A stretch of DNA of 61,863 nucleotides, taken from assembly GCA_045655865.1 (NCBI GenBank), contig JAZOQB010000035.1:1-61863 (forward strand). Direction: 5' to 3'. Both the position numbers and the translations under genes were made by a program. The notes beneath the pieces were generated by a model, which did not search any database, was not told the origin of the DNA, and saw only the letters and a program-made list of their open reading frames with translations. Of the stretch, positions 9,672 through 18,377 are shown one piece after another. Each line of letters starts with the position of its first letter. Within the stretch, counting starts at the first letter, position 1. This DNA comes from Eubacteriales bacterium. Lineage in GTDB: Bacteria > Bacillota > Clostridia > Oscillospirales > SIG627.

Positions 9672-10999
9672 GGTTCCTCCTTTGTCCTTTCACGGATCAC
9701 AAATTGAATGGGCGTGCCCCGAAAGCCGAAGGTGTTTCGCAAACAGTTTTCCAAATAGCGCTGGTAGGTGAAGTGGAACAGTTTTTCGCTGTTGCAAAAA
9801 ATAACAAACTTGGGCGGTTTGACACTTACTTGGGTCATATAATAAATCTTTAACCGCCTGCCCTTGTCACTGGGAGGCTGCACTCGGGTAGTGGCCTCGT
9901 TGAGCATATCGTTGAGCATGCCTGTGGAGATTCGCATGGAAGCCTGCATATTCACGTACGTTATGTGCTCGAAAAGTTTGTCTACTCGCAGTCCCGTCTT
10001 GGCGGAAATGAAAAGCACCGGTGCGTACTGGAGAAAAGGAAGAAGATCGAAGGCCTTTTTGGTGGCGTTTTTCACTGAGTCGTTGTCTTTTTCGGGAAGG
10101 TCCCATTTGTTCATGCAGAGAATGCAAGCTTTTCCTGCTTCATGTGCAAGCCCTGCAATGGTGGCGTCCTGACTGGTGACTCCTTCAAAGGCGTCCACCA
10201 TGATCAGACAAACATCGCTTCGTTCTACTGCCAGTTTTGCCCGGAGAACGCTGTACTTTTCGATCCGATCATCGATTTTTGAAGTTCTGCGGATTCCGGC
10301 GGTGTCGATGAAATTGAAAATTCCGTGCTCGTTTTCCACGCGGGTGTCAATGGCATCTCGCGTGGTTCCGGCCACAGGAGAAACAATGACCCGTTCTTCT
10401 CCAAGAATTCGGTTGATCAGACTGCTTTTTCCGGAGTTTGGTTTGCCGATCACCGCTACGTGGATCACGTCCTCGTCTTCCTCCGGACCAATTTCCGGGC
10501 CCAGCAGGTGAAGGATCTCGTCCAGAATATCGCCGCTTCCCGTTCCGTGAATGGAGGAGAGAGCAAAGGGGCCGTGGTCGATACCCAGTTCATAAAATTC
10601 ATAAAACTCAGGCGGAAGGGCACCGATGGCGTCCACTTTATTTACCGCCAAAATGACAGGTTTGCGACTGCGTTTTAAAATGGAGGCGATCTCGCGGTCT
10701 GCCGCAGTCACACCGGCATGAAGGTCGGTCATGAATACGATCACATCGGCGGCTTCCATGGCAAGCATGGCCTGTTCTTCAATGTGATTTAAAATTTCAT
10801 CGGTGCTGCCCGGTTCGATCCCACCGGTATCAATGAGGATCATTTTCCGTCCGCTCCACTCGGTTTCGTAATAGATCCGATCCCGAGTGACCCCCGGCGC
10901 ATCGTCTACGATGGAGATGCGTTTGCCGGAAAGTTTGTTAAAAAAAGTGCTTTTTCCTACGTTGGGTCTGCCAACGATGGCGATCACGGGTTTTGCCAC
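9668..10999 (-). CDS. der: Ribosome biogenesis GTPase Der (EngA)
   Basis: Two G domains (GRPNVGKS; GKPNSGKSS), YQRYLEN..R..FGF.GTPI. Confidence 0.97.
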   Translation of the reverse strand: MAKPVIAIVGRPNVGKSTFFNKLSGKRISIVDDAPGVTRDRIYYETEWSGRKMILIDTGGIEPGSTDEILNHIEEQAMLAMEAADVIVFMTDLHAGVTAADREIASILKRSRKPVILAVNKVDAIGALPPEFYEFYELGIDHGPFALSSIHGTGSGDILDEILHLLGPEIGPEEDEDVIHVAVIGKPNSGKSSLINRILGEERVIVSPVAGTTRDAIDTRVENEHGIFNFIDTAGIRRTSKIDDRIEKYSVLRAKLAVERSDVCLIMVDAFEGVTSQDATIAGLAHEAGKACILCMNKWDLPEKDNDSVKNATKKAFDLLPFLQYAPVLFISAKTGLRVDKLFEHITYVNMQASMRISTGMLNDMLNEATTRVQPPSDKGRRLKIYYMTQVSVKPPKFVIFCNSEKLFHFTYQRYLENCLRNTFGFRGTPIQFVIRERTKEEP

Positions 11000-11002
11000 A
11001 GA

Positions 11003-12334
11003 TTATCCTCCCAAAAGTATGGTTTCAATTTGGTCCAAAAGGGGAATGCCGTTTTCCACGGCGTAAACCGGACAGTCCAGTTCTTTTTTTAGCTGGGAAA
11101 GGGTTACATCGTCCAGAAAACGGTCCCGTTCGTGCCGCAACGCTACTGCGGGGAAAAAGAGGATCTCCGTCTTTTCCATTACGGGTTTTACCGTCCGAAT
11201 CAGATCCTTTCCGCAGATCAGTCCTGCCACAGTTACCGTTTCTCCGAAAAAGAGATTTTTGACGGGAATTACCCTTAGGGTGAGAAAAGGCAGGCGCTTT
11301 GTAATTTCCATGCAGATCTCTTCCAAAAGATCCTGTGCGGCAAAGCCTGTGGCCAGAGCAATGGAAAGGGGCTTTTTGGGAAGGCTTTTCCAGTCTCCTT
11401 CTTCCCAGCGCCATCGGATTTCATCCAAAAGCTCTTCCCTGGTACTGCGGAGCAACCCAACCCCGTTGTCCAACTGAGGATAGCCATCATAGTCCTCTTC
11501 CGGGGGAAGGGGACGGGCGGCGGCCAGATAAAACTCGTCGGCGGCGTAAAAAAGGCGCGTGTCATGACATTTGGCCCAATTTTCTGCAAATTCTTCTACG
11601 ATGTCAATGACCTCTTTTGCCGATTTGTTGTCATAAGGGATCAGTTCCGTAAGTCCTTCTCGGTGCTTTGTAAGGCCTGCCGGAACCACAGCGATGCTCT
11701 GAATGGCAGGGGAGAGCAGAGATAGATCCGAAAGGGTCTGTCGCAATTGGTTTCCGTCGTTGATGCCGCGGCAGCAAACGATCTGACAGTTGATCTGAAT
11801 CTTGCCTTCTTTTAAGATTTTCAGTTGCTCCAGAATTCGGTCGGCTTTGGGATTTCCCAGCATTTTGACTCGCAGAGCAGGGTTTGTGGTGTGAACGGAA
11901 ACGTTTACCGGGGAAAGACGCATGTTTACGATCCGTGCCAATTCCTTGTCGCTTACGTTGGTTAAAGTTACGTAGTTTCCCATGAGAAAAGACAGACGGG
12001 TATCGTCGTCCTTGAAATATACCGTTTCCCTCATTCCGCATGGGTTTTGGTCAATGAAACAGAAAATGCAGCGATTGGCGCATCTTCTTTTTTTGTCCAT
12101 CAGAAAGGTCTCAAAATCCAGACCGATGTCATCGTATCGTCCTTTTTTGAGGGTGACCTGGTATTCGTTGTCCCCTCGTTTCAAAGAAAGGCAGATATTT
12201 TCTTCTGTGAGAAAGAAGCGATAGTCTAAAATATCCCGAATGGGGTGGGAGTCGATAGAAAGAAGAAAATCGCCACCGCGAATTCCTGCATCTTCCGCAG
12301 GGGATCCTTTTTCCACGTGTAAGATCTCGACCAT
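11003..12334 (-). CDS. DUF512 / putative radical-SAM Fe-S protein with N-terminal PDZ-like domain
   Basis: C.N.C.FCFIDQ.P.GMR, KDDD.RLSF..GNY.TLTN; usual position upstream of der. Confidence 0.9.
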   Translation of the reverse strand: MVEILHVEKGSPAEDAGIRGGDFLLSIDSHPIRDILDYRFFLTEENICLSLKRGDNEYQVTLKKGRYDDIGLDFETFLMDKKRRCANRCIFCFIDQNPCGMRETVYFKDDDTRLSFLMGNYVTLTNVSDKELARIVNMRLSPVNVSVHTTNPALRVKMLGNPKADRILEQLKILKEGKIQINCQIVCCRGINDGNQLRQTLSDLSLLSPAIQSIAVVPAGLTKHREGLTELIPYDNKSAKEVIDIVEEFAENWAKCHDTRLFYAADEFYLAAARPLPPEEDYDGYPQLDNGVGLLRSTREELLDEIRWRWEEGDWKSLPKKPLSIALATGFAAQDLLEEICMEITKRLPFLTLRVIPVKNLFFGETVTVAGLICGKDLIRTVKPVMEKTEILFFPAVALRHERDRFLDDVTLSQLKKELDCPVYAVENGIPLLDQIETILLGG

Positions 12335-12450
12335 CCCAAACCTCCTTGTAAAAATCTGCCAAAAATGAAAAAAGATACATCTCCGGCACCAAAACCCGAA
12401 GGCTTTGCCAAAGATATATCTTTTTGTGCCGCATCCACGGATAAGCCAAG

Positions 12451-12482
12451 TGGCATACGGTCTCCCGAGAGACCGTATGCCG
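12451..12482. terminator. Hairpin downstream of rpmF
   Basis: GGCATACGGTCTC-CCGA-GAGACCGTATGCC perfect stem. Confidence 0.55.
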
Positions 12483-12493
12483 CCATTTGAAAA

Positions 12494-12676
12494 TTAGTCC
12501 TTTACCTGAAAGACTTCTTTTCCGTCTTTCTGTCCGCACTCGGAGCAAACTCTGTTATGGAGATTGTAAGCGCCGCAGTTGGGGCACTTTTCCAGAGTGG
12601 GGGCCGTCAGTTTCCATACGCTGGAGCGTCTGGAATTCTTTCTGGCTTTGGATGTTTTACTCTTCGGTACTGCCAT
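12494..12676 (-). CDS. rpmF: 50S ribosomal protein L32
   Basis: MAVPKSKTSKARKNSRR, CPNCG...HNRVCSECG; RBS GGGAGG. Confidence 0.96.
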   Translation of the reverse strand: MAVPKSKTSKARKNSRRSSVWKLTAPTLEKCPNCGAYNLHNRVCSECGQKDGKEVFQVKD

Positions 12677-12724
12677 TGTTAGCACCTCCCAATTTTTTCA
12701 TTTACACCGTTTCCGGTTTTATTT

Positions 12725-13246
12725 TTACTTAAAAAAGTCTGCCAGGCCAGCCAGCCTGGGGTCGATCTCCCGCTTTTCACATTCGCAGTCTCCGGCATTG
12801 ATGTCCTTTCCGCATTTGGGACAGAGCCCCCGGCAATCCTCGCGGCACAAAAGCCGCATGGGAAGCTCGGTGAGTATCGCCGTTTCGGCCACCTCCGCCA
12901 GATCGATTTTCTGTCCGTGAGCCACAATGACCTCTTCCTCGGAATCCGAGGGCGGCGCCAAGGTGGATGAGACGGGAAAATCTACCGGAACGGAAAAGCT
13001 TTCTTCGACCGGAGCAAGGCAACGCGCGCAGGGAGCGGAAAGTTTGGCGCTCACGGTGCCGGTAAGTCTTGGAAAGCCGGAGTGGTCTAATACCTGCCCG
13101 GAAAAGCCCAAAGAGGATACGGTGATGCCATTCTCCTGATAGGAAAGACCGGAGAGCGCCGAATCCAGGCAAAAAGAGACCTCTTGGACCTCTCCGGAAA
13201 AAAGCTTTGCAAGATCAAGGAATTTTGGGTTCATTTCATTCATCAT
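12725..13246 (-). CDS. DUF177 / YceD-family protein
   Basis: CARCL, LPMRLLC..DCRGLCP.CG.D.N.G.C.C, DPRLA.L; upstream of rpmF. Confidence 0.93.
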   Translation of the reverse strand: MMNEMNPKFLDLAKLFSGEVQEVSFCLDSALSGLSYQENGITVSSLGFSGQVLDHSGFPRLTGTVSAKLSAPCARCLAPVEESFSVPVDFPVSSTLAPPSDSEEEVIVAHGQKIDLAEVAETAILTELPMRLLCREDCRGLCPKCGKDINAGDCECEKREIDPRLAGLADFFK

Positions 13247-13278
13247 GTTTCGTTTCCTCTAGGTATCGACAGTGTTTT

Positions 13279-13307
13279 ATTATAACCGCAATTTATTTTT
13301 TTGTCAA
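13279..13307 (-). promoter_or_regulatory. sigma-A promoter of the yceD-rpmF operon
   Basis: Minus strand TTGACA-17bp-TATAAT. Confidence 0.75.
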
Positions 13308-13427
13308 TGGTCTTCTTGCATTTTGCGCATTATTTTGTCAATATTAATACGAAACGAGGATGCGGTCCCGGAATGACTGCGGCTTTGTGGCGCCAAGCTT
13401 TATTTATCCGGATTCAAAAATGGCGCT

Positions 13428-13943
13428 TTACAAGGTGATATCAATGGAGTAGGTGTTTTCAATGAGAATATATTCTATCCCCATTTTATCGCATCGCTCC
13501 TGTACCAGCGCGTTGTCCTTCAATACGTTCTCCAGGGTGCAGTCTTCATCGTTTCCTCGGTCTTCGATGACGTTGGCATAAGCTCGAATCCGGTGAAAAT
13601 GTTCTCGGATGTACCCTTGGCTCATCACCAGACAAAAAAATTGAATCTGGTCTAGGTATTTTTTTTCGAAATCCTTTTTCCATTCCGTCGGGATATAGCA
13701 TCCTTCTACAATGAGATTCTGTCCGTTTTCAATGGCTGTTTTGACGATTTCCCGAACGATGGGCCACAGATAAGATGTTAGCTCGTCATCACAACTTGTG
13801 GGTGTCAGTTTCGTGTTACCGCTGCGGATCAGACCCATTTTCAAGTGATCGATGGATAAATAAGGATAGTGATATCGTTCAAGAAGCTTTTGTGCCATCG
13901 CAGTTTTTCCGGTATGCGAAGCACCTGTGATCAAAACGACCAT
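13428..13943 (-). CDS. P-loop small-molecule kinase-like protein (adenylate/2-phosphoglycerate kinase-like)
   Basis: Walker A GASHTGKT, YLSIDHLKMGLIRSG, LIVEG. Confidence 0.78.
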   Translation of the reverse strand: MVVLITGASHTGKTAMAQKLLERYHYPYLSIDHLKMGLIRSGNTKLTPTSCDDELTSYLWPIVREIVKTAIENGQNLIVEGCYIPTEWKKDFEKKYLDQIQFFCLVMSQGYIREHFHRIRAYANVIEDRGNDEDCTLENVLKDNALVQERCDKMGIEYILIENTYSIDITL

Positions 13944-14297
13944 AGTTTTTCGGTTCCTTTTCTTTGCAGTTTGTTGTTAGATTTAGCTCCATTTTTAGCC
14001 CCGGACAATGCGATCTTATGGGGAAAAAGCGTATACCCGGTCGCCGGGGGTAAGAGCGTTACGATCTCTCAAATCGAGGCTTTTTTTATTTTATCAGTTT
14101 TTTTATCATCTTGCAAGGCATGTGGCCGGTTTTGTTCCGTTTTTCGTTAGCGTTTGAAGAGAATTTCTAAGGAGTGGATGATTTTTCGCATTTTTTCTGA
14201 AAAAGGATTGTTTTTTTGATTCATTCGTGTTATCATGAACATGTATGTGAAATGTTTTTTGTTTACCAATCTATTTGGAAGGACATTGAATTGAGTT

Positions 14298-15050
14298 ATG
14301 GAAAATAATCAGCAATTTCAGCAAGTTGTAAATGAAATTGATTTTGTCGCTCTGGCAAAGAAGCTTTGGAGCCGTCTTTGGCTTATTGTAATGGCTGTCA
14401 TCGTTGGCGCGGTGGCGGGCTTTACTTGCGGAAAACTTTCCACACCCACCTATCGCTCTCGTGCTTCCATTATGGTTAACAATACTTCATCCACAGATGC
14501 TTCCGGCGGTATTTCCACCGGTCAAATTGCTGTGGCGATGCACCTTGCACAGACCTATATTATTTTGGCGGAGAGTGATACCGTTTTGGCCGATGTGATC
14601 CACACCGGTGGATTTTCGTATACCGTTTCCCAGCTGAGGAGCAAGGTTTCCGCCGAGGCCATTGAAGAAACTGAAATTTTTGAGATTTACGTTACTGACA
14701 CCGACCCACTGCAATCTCAGGCGATTGCCAACGTTCTTGTGGATGTCCTTCCGCAGCGGGTTCAGGAAATTGCCAAGGGCAGTTCTCTTGAGGTGGTGGA
14801 CCGAGCGCAATTGGGTTCCCGGGTTAGCCCCGGTGCGACTCGCTTTGCTCTGGTTGGCGCGCTTTTGGGAGCGCTTCTCAGCATGGCCATGATCGTTTTG
14901 CTGGAACTGTTCAACAATACCATTTCCGATGAGGAATACCTCATTCAAACCTACAAGTTGCCGGTGTTGGCTTCCGTTCCCAGTTTTGACGAGGGCAAGT
15001 CAAACCGTCATTACGGGTATTACACAAGCAATTATCGTAACAAAAACTAA
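14298..15050 (+). CDS. Polysaccharide co-polymerase / tyrosine-kinase modulator (CpsC/Wzz-type)
   Basis: EIDF..L.K.LW..LWLI, TPTY.S.A, two TMs, PVLASVP; upstream of a BY-kinase. Confidence 0.9.
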   Translation: MENNQQFQQVVNEIDFVALAKKLWSRLWLIVMAVIVGAVAGFTCGKLSTPTYRSRASIMVNNTSSTDASGGISTGQIAVAMHLAQTYIILAESDTVLADVIHTGGFSYTVSQLRSKVSAEAIEETEIFEIYVTDTDPLQSQAIANVLVDVLPQRVQEIAKGSSLEVVDRAQLGSRVSPGATRFALVGALLGALLSMAMIVLLELFNNTISDEEYLIQTYKLPVLASVPSFDEGKSNRHYGYYTSNYRNKN

Positions 15051-15067
15051 CTACGGGGAAGAAGAGT

Positions 15068-15895
15068 ATGATGTCGTTATCGAGTCAAAAGAAGAGGGGA
15101 ACGAACCCGGAGAATCAAGTGGCCTGGGGTCCAAACTTGAGTTTTTCTGCCTCTGAGGCTTATAAGCGTCTGCGGACCTCTCTGGCTTTTTGCCTGCCAA
15201 AAAATGCCGAGCGGAATTGCCGGATCGTTGGGATCACAAGCGCTCTTGGAACAGAGGGGAAAAGTACTACGGCGCTCAATCTTGCTTATTCCATTGCAGA
15301 AAGTGGTCAATTGGTGCTTCTTATTGATGGGGATATGCGTTTGCCCCGTTTGGCTAAACGGCTCAAGCTTCAGGCTACTCCGGGATTGAGTGAGTGTCTG
15401 GCGGGAGAGATCAACGACGGGAATGCTGCCCTTCGTCAGATCAACGAGAATTTGTACGTTATGCCGGCCGGTAGCATCCCACCCAATCCGTCAGAACTTT
15501 TGCTATCTGCCAGAATGCGTCGGGTGACGGAGACGCTGGCTCAGAATTTCCATTATATCATTATCGATCTGCCTCCTGTAGGCGCCGTAGCGGATGCTTT
15601 GACCGTGGCGGAATTGGTGGATGGAATGATTATGGTGGTGCGGAAGAATTATTCGACCAAGCGTGCCCTTACTAGTGCGGTGCGAGAGCTGAACTTTGCC
15701 AATGCAAAGATTCTCGGCTTTGTGTTTAATGATGCCAGTGCTGATAGCAAAAAAGGCAAGAAAGGTTACAGAAGTTATAGCTACTACGGCCGGTATGCCA
15801 GTTCGAGTTATATGAAAAAACGTCCTTCTCCGAATAATCAAATTCATCAAGAGGGAACGAGTCAGGAAGATTTGTCGAAAACGATCTTGCCGTGA
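15068..15895 (+). CDS. Bacterial tyrosine kinase CpsD/CapB
   Basis: EAYKRLRT, Walker A EGKST, LLIDGDMR.P, PPNPSELL, IIIDLPP, C-terminal Tyr cluster. Confidence 0.93.
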   Translation: MMSLSSQKKRGTNPENQVAWGPNLSFSASEAYKRLRTSLAFCLPKNAERNCRIVGITSALGTEGKSTTALNLAYSIAESGQLVLLIDGDMRLPRLAKRLKLQATPGLSECLAGEINDGNAALRQINENLYVMPAGSIPPNPSELLLSARMRRVTETLAQNFHYIIIDLPPVGAVADALTVAELVDGMIMVVRKNYSTKRALTSAVRELNFANAKILGFVFNDASADSKKGKKGYRSYSYYGRYASSSYMKKRPSPNNQIHQEGTSQEDLSKTILP

Positions 15896-15955
15896 TCGGT
15901 TTTTGGTCGATATTCTTCAAAACAGAAAGTTTGTTTTCATTTCTTAGTTGAAAAA

Positions 15956-16028
15956 AGGGCGCCCGGAAATCCCGGACGCCCTATTTTTATATCAGAAAAG
16001 AGAGGCTTGCGAGCAAGCCTCTCTTTTT
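15956..16028. terminator. Two tandem terminator hairpins between convergent cpsD and the triple QueG-like gene
   Basis: AGGGCGCCCGG...CCGGACGCCCT and AAAAGAGAGGCTTGC-GA-GCAAGCCTCTCTTTT. Confidence 0.7.
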
Positions 16029-16042
16029 TAATTTATGTATGC

Positions 16043-18253
16043 TTATTTCTTTTTGGCAATGGGACAGTTTTGCAAGCAACGTTCAATGATAATATCAATA
16101 AAGTGAGGATTTCGATAGCAAAGCGTCTGGATCTTATCTTTGTTGCTCTGAATTTCCTTGATGGTTTCATCGTCAAGGGTTTCGGGAAGTTTTACGTCGG
16201 GCAACTTCCAACCCAACTGAGCAGAGCCGGCCCCTTCACACATTGCCAAAGATCTTGCCCAAGCACACTTGGTTTCATCGCGGGTAAATACGGGGTAGGA
16301 GATACCGTCTTTGATCGTAACGTTTTCAAGCTTGTCAAGCAAAGCCTGCATCGGGCAAGCCGTTGCACAAGCTTTGCATCCTTCGGGGCAAAGATTTTTT
16401 GTGTTTACTGCGGTGGGAGTGAGCTCGGCATCGGTTAACACGAAGGTAAAGCGCATTCTGGGACCGTATTTTTCATTTACGACCATTCCGCCTTTACCCA
16501 GTACGCCAAGTCCTGCAGCGACGGCAAACGGAGCGTTGGCACGAAGGTCGGGCATATGACGTCCGAATTTTCCGATGGTCGTGTGAGAATCGGGAGCAAG
16601 CTCAGCCAGCGGAATGGCTTGATACCCGCGGGCTACCAGGTTGCTGCAAAGGTCCACGCCGGCCCAGATGCTTTCCTTGTGTATTTCATAATGAGCATAC
16701 GCATAAGCGGAACCGTCTTCTGCTTCCTGAACGCCTGCAAGCTCTACAGCGCGTTCGGGAAGGGCCTCTGCCAAGCAGACGATAGATTTCATGCCGGGGA
16801 ACTGTTCTTTGATCTGCTCGATTCCGGGATAGGTAATATCGTCAAAGGTGCCAACGGTTACCATATCCATGTTTTTGAAAATATCAAGCTCGGGGGAAAG
16901 ATTGGGAACACACTCATCGTTCCATTCGCGCAAAACCAACGTCTGTGGTTTGAAAGGAATGTTACAGATAATAGCGGAAAGTGCAACGTATCTGCCTTCT
17001 TTTTCCCAGCCGGCATTGAGAGAAGCTTGTGCTGCAATACCGGTGGCTTTCCAATCCTGAATTGCCTCGTAACCCAGATCGTCAAGATAACGGGTGGCGT
17101 CAATGGCAAAACAAGAGCCCCGGTCATTCAATGCCGAAATCAGATGTTTTCTGTTTCTCGCATTCAACTCGTTTTCGGTTGTAAAGCTGTGGGTGTAACG
17201 GCCGATCGTAATTACGGTGGTGAAGGTCTCGAAAAATTGCTCGGTTCTGAAGCCTTCGTCAAAATTCTGCTTGTTGTTTACAAAATCGGAAAGGGGCTGA
17301 ATGGTGATGCGGTCGGCACCGGCATCCAAAGCCAATTTCTTGATTCTTTCAAGCATTTCTTCGTGGGATTTTTTCACGATCATCTTTTTGCGCAATGCAC
17401 CGGGGGTGTATTTGCGGTTGATGGAACGCTTTTTGGGAGTCATGCAATGCTTGAATGAACTGCACATGTAACCGTGGTTCTTCACTCTTTTACCGGTTTC
17501 AACTCCCTTATAAATCTTCTCTTCGTCCATATCATCGATATCGGCAAGAAGATCGGTGTCAAGATGGGCCTGTTCGCCCCAGAAGCAACGCCAACGGTTG
17601 ATGTTGGGGTAACGGAAATGTTTTCCTTCAATGGTGAAATCGAAAAATTTCGGGTCATTCAGGCGCTCTTCGCCGTAGTTTCTGCCTGCACAGTGTTTGG
17701 CACAAGCCATGCAGCCATCGCAGAGCGGGTCGCCGTTATAAAGCGGATCATATTCCAGCTCAGCCTCAGTAATAAACGAAATAATACGTTCACGGGGACC
17801 GTATTCGGGCGACATTACCATACCGTGATAGCCGTATTCGCCCAGACCTGCGGCAACGAATGCAGGCATATGATTCCAGGAAGCGGTGTGCTCGTAAGGA
17901 ATGTCTTTATAGGTCCTGTGTCTCCAATAGGTGGTACAGGGCTGCGGAATGGTGTTATAACCTTGTTCTTCAAGCCATTTGCACATGCGGAAGCACATGG
18001 CATCAAGCTTTGGAATCATACCGATCTGAAAAGCGGCAGGGAAGTTGGGGTTGGGCTCGCCGCACCAGTCAACCGAAGCATCAGGATGGTGAATGCCAAA
18101 GCACACGACCGATTTTGCTTCTGGCAAATGGGCTTGGGGTCTTAACATATGGGGCATGCCTTCAAAACGGGATACGGGAGCAATACCAACCATATCAGCT
18201 CCAAGATCAAGAGCCATTTTTTTAATTGCTTTTGTCAGTTCCTTCTTATTCAT
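16043..18253 (-). CDS. Triple-module QueG/reductive-dehalogenase-like (cobalamin/Fe-S) oxidoreductase, function unknown
   Basis: Modules begin ALDLGADMVGIA, ALDAGADRITIQ and DMVTVG; AAGLG...G.V..PE/KYGPR...TE/DAEL plus a ferredoxin-type Cys motif in modules 1 and 3; start MNKKE after RBS AAGGAG. Confidence 0.8.
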   Translation of the reverse strand: MNKKELTKAIKKMALDLGADMVGIAPVSRFEGMPHMLRPQAHLPEAKSVVCFGIHHPDASVDWCGEPNPNFPAAFQIGMIPKLDAMCFRMCKWLEEQGYNTIPQPCTTYWRHRTYKDIPYEHTASWNHMPAFVAAGLGEYGYHGMVMSPEYGPRERIISFITEAELEYDPLYNGDPLCDGCMACAKHCAGRNYGEERLNDPKFFDFTIEGKHFRYPNINRWRCFWGEQAHLDTDLLADIDDMDEEKIYKGVETGKRVKNHGYMCSSFKHCMTPKKRSINRKYTPGALRKKMIVKKSHEEMLERIKKLALDAGADRITIQPLSDFVNNKQNFDEGFRTEQFFETFTTVITIGRYTHSFTTENELNARNRKHLISALNDRGSCFAIDATRYLDDLGYEAIQDWKATGIAAQASLNAGWEKEGRYVALSAIICNIPFKPQTLVLREWNDECVPNLSPELDIFKNMDMVTVGTFDDITYPGIEQIKEQFPGMKSIVCLAEALPERAVELAGVQEAEDGSAYAYAHYEIHKESIWAGVDLCSNLVARGYQAIPLAELAPDSHTTIGKFGRHMPDLRANAPFAVAAGLGVLGKGGMVVNEKYGPRMRFTFVLTDAELTPTAVNTKNLCPEGCKACATACPMQALLDKLENVTIKDGISYPVFTRDETKCAWARSLAMCEGAGSAQLGWKLPDVKLPETLDDETIKEIQSNKDKIQTLCYRNPHFIDIIIERCLQNCPIAKKK

Positions 18254-18281
18254 TTCCTTTACTCCTTTCAGTACTGCTTTC

Positions 18282-18340
18282 ATTGTAATAAAATGCAGAA
18301 AAATTTTGTATGGGAAAATGAAATATTTATATGGACAAAT
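18282..18340 (-). promoter_or_regulatory. Putative AraC-activated promoter with 21-bp-phased direct repeats
   Basis: AAATTTTGTATGGGAAAAT (18301-18319) and AATATTTATATGGACAAAT (18322-18340); minus-strand -10 TACAAT at 18282-18287. Confidence 0.55.
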
Positions 18341-18377
18341 TCGCTCATTTCGTGTTATTCTTGATGGGGTGATAAAA

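Noticed and set aside
11003..12334. DUF512 radical-SAM-like protein as maturase for the 49-aa peptide
   Set aside because: It is the usual neighbour of der in a housekeeping operon and has no evident RRE or SPASM domain
12369..12425. Imperfect stem AAAAGATACATCT...AGATATATCTTTT between rpmF and the DUF512 gene
   Set aside because: Could be a terminator or processing stem; no recognisable riboswitch features
16043..18253. Calling the gene queG or rdhA
   Set aside because: Architecture, inducible context and absence of a Tat signal or RdhB do not support either specific function
18093..18377. N-terminal extension of the AraC ORF in the track
   Set aside because: Overlaps the divergent gene and promoter; ATG at 18378 gives a normal 269-aa AraC
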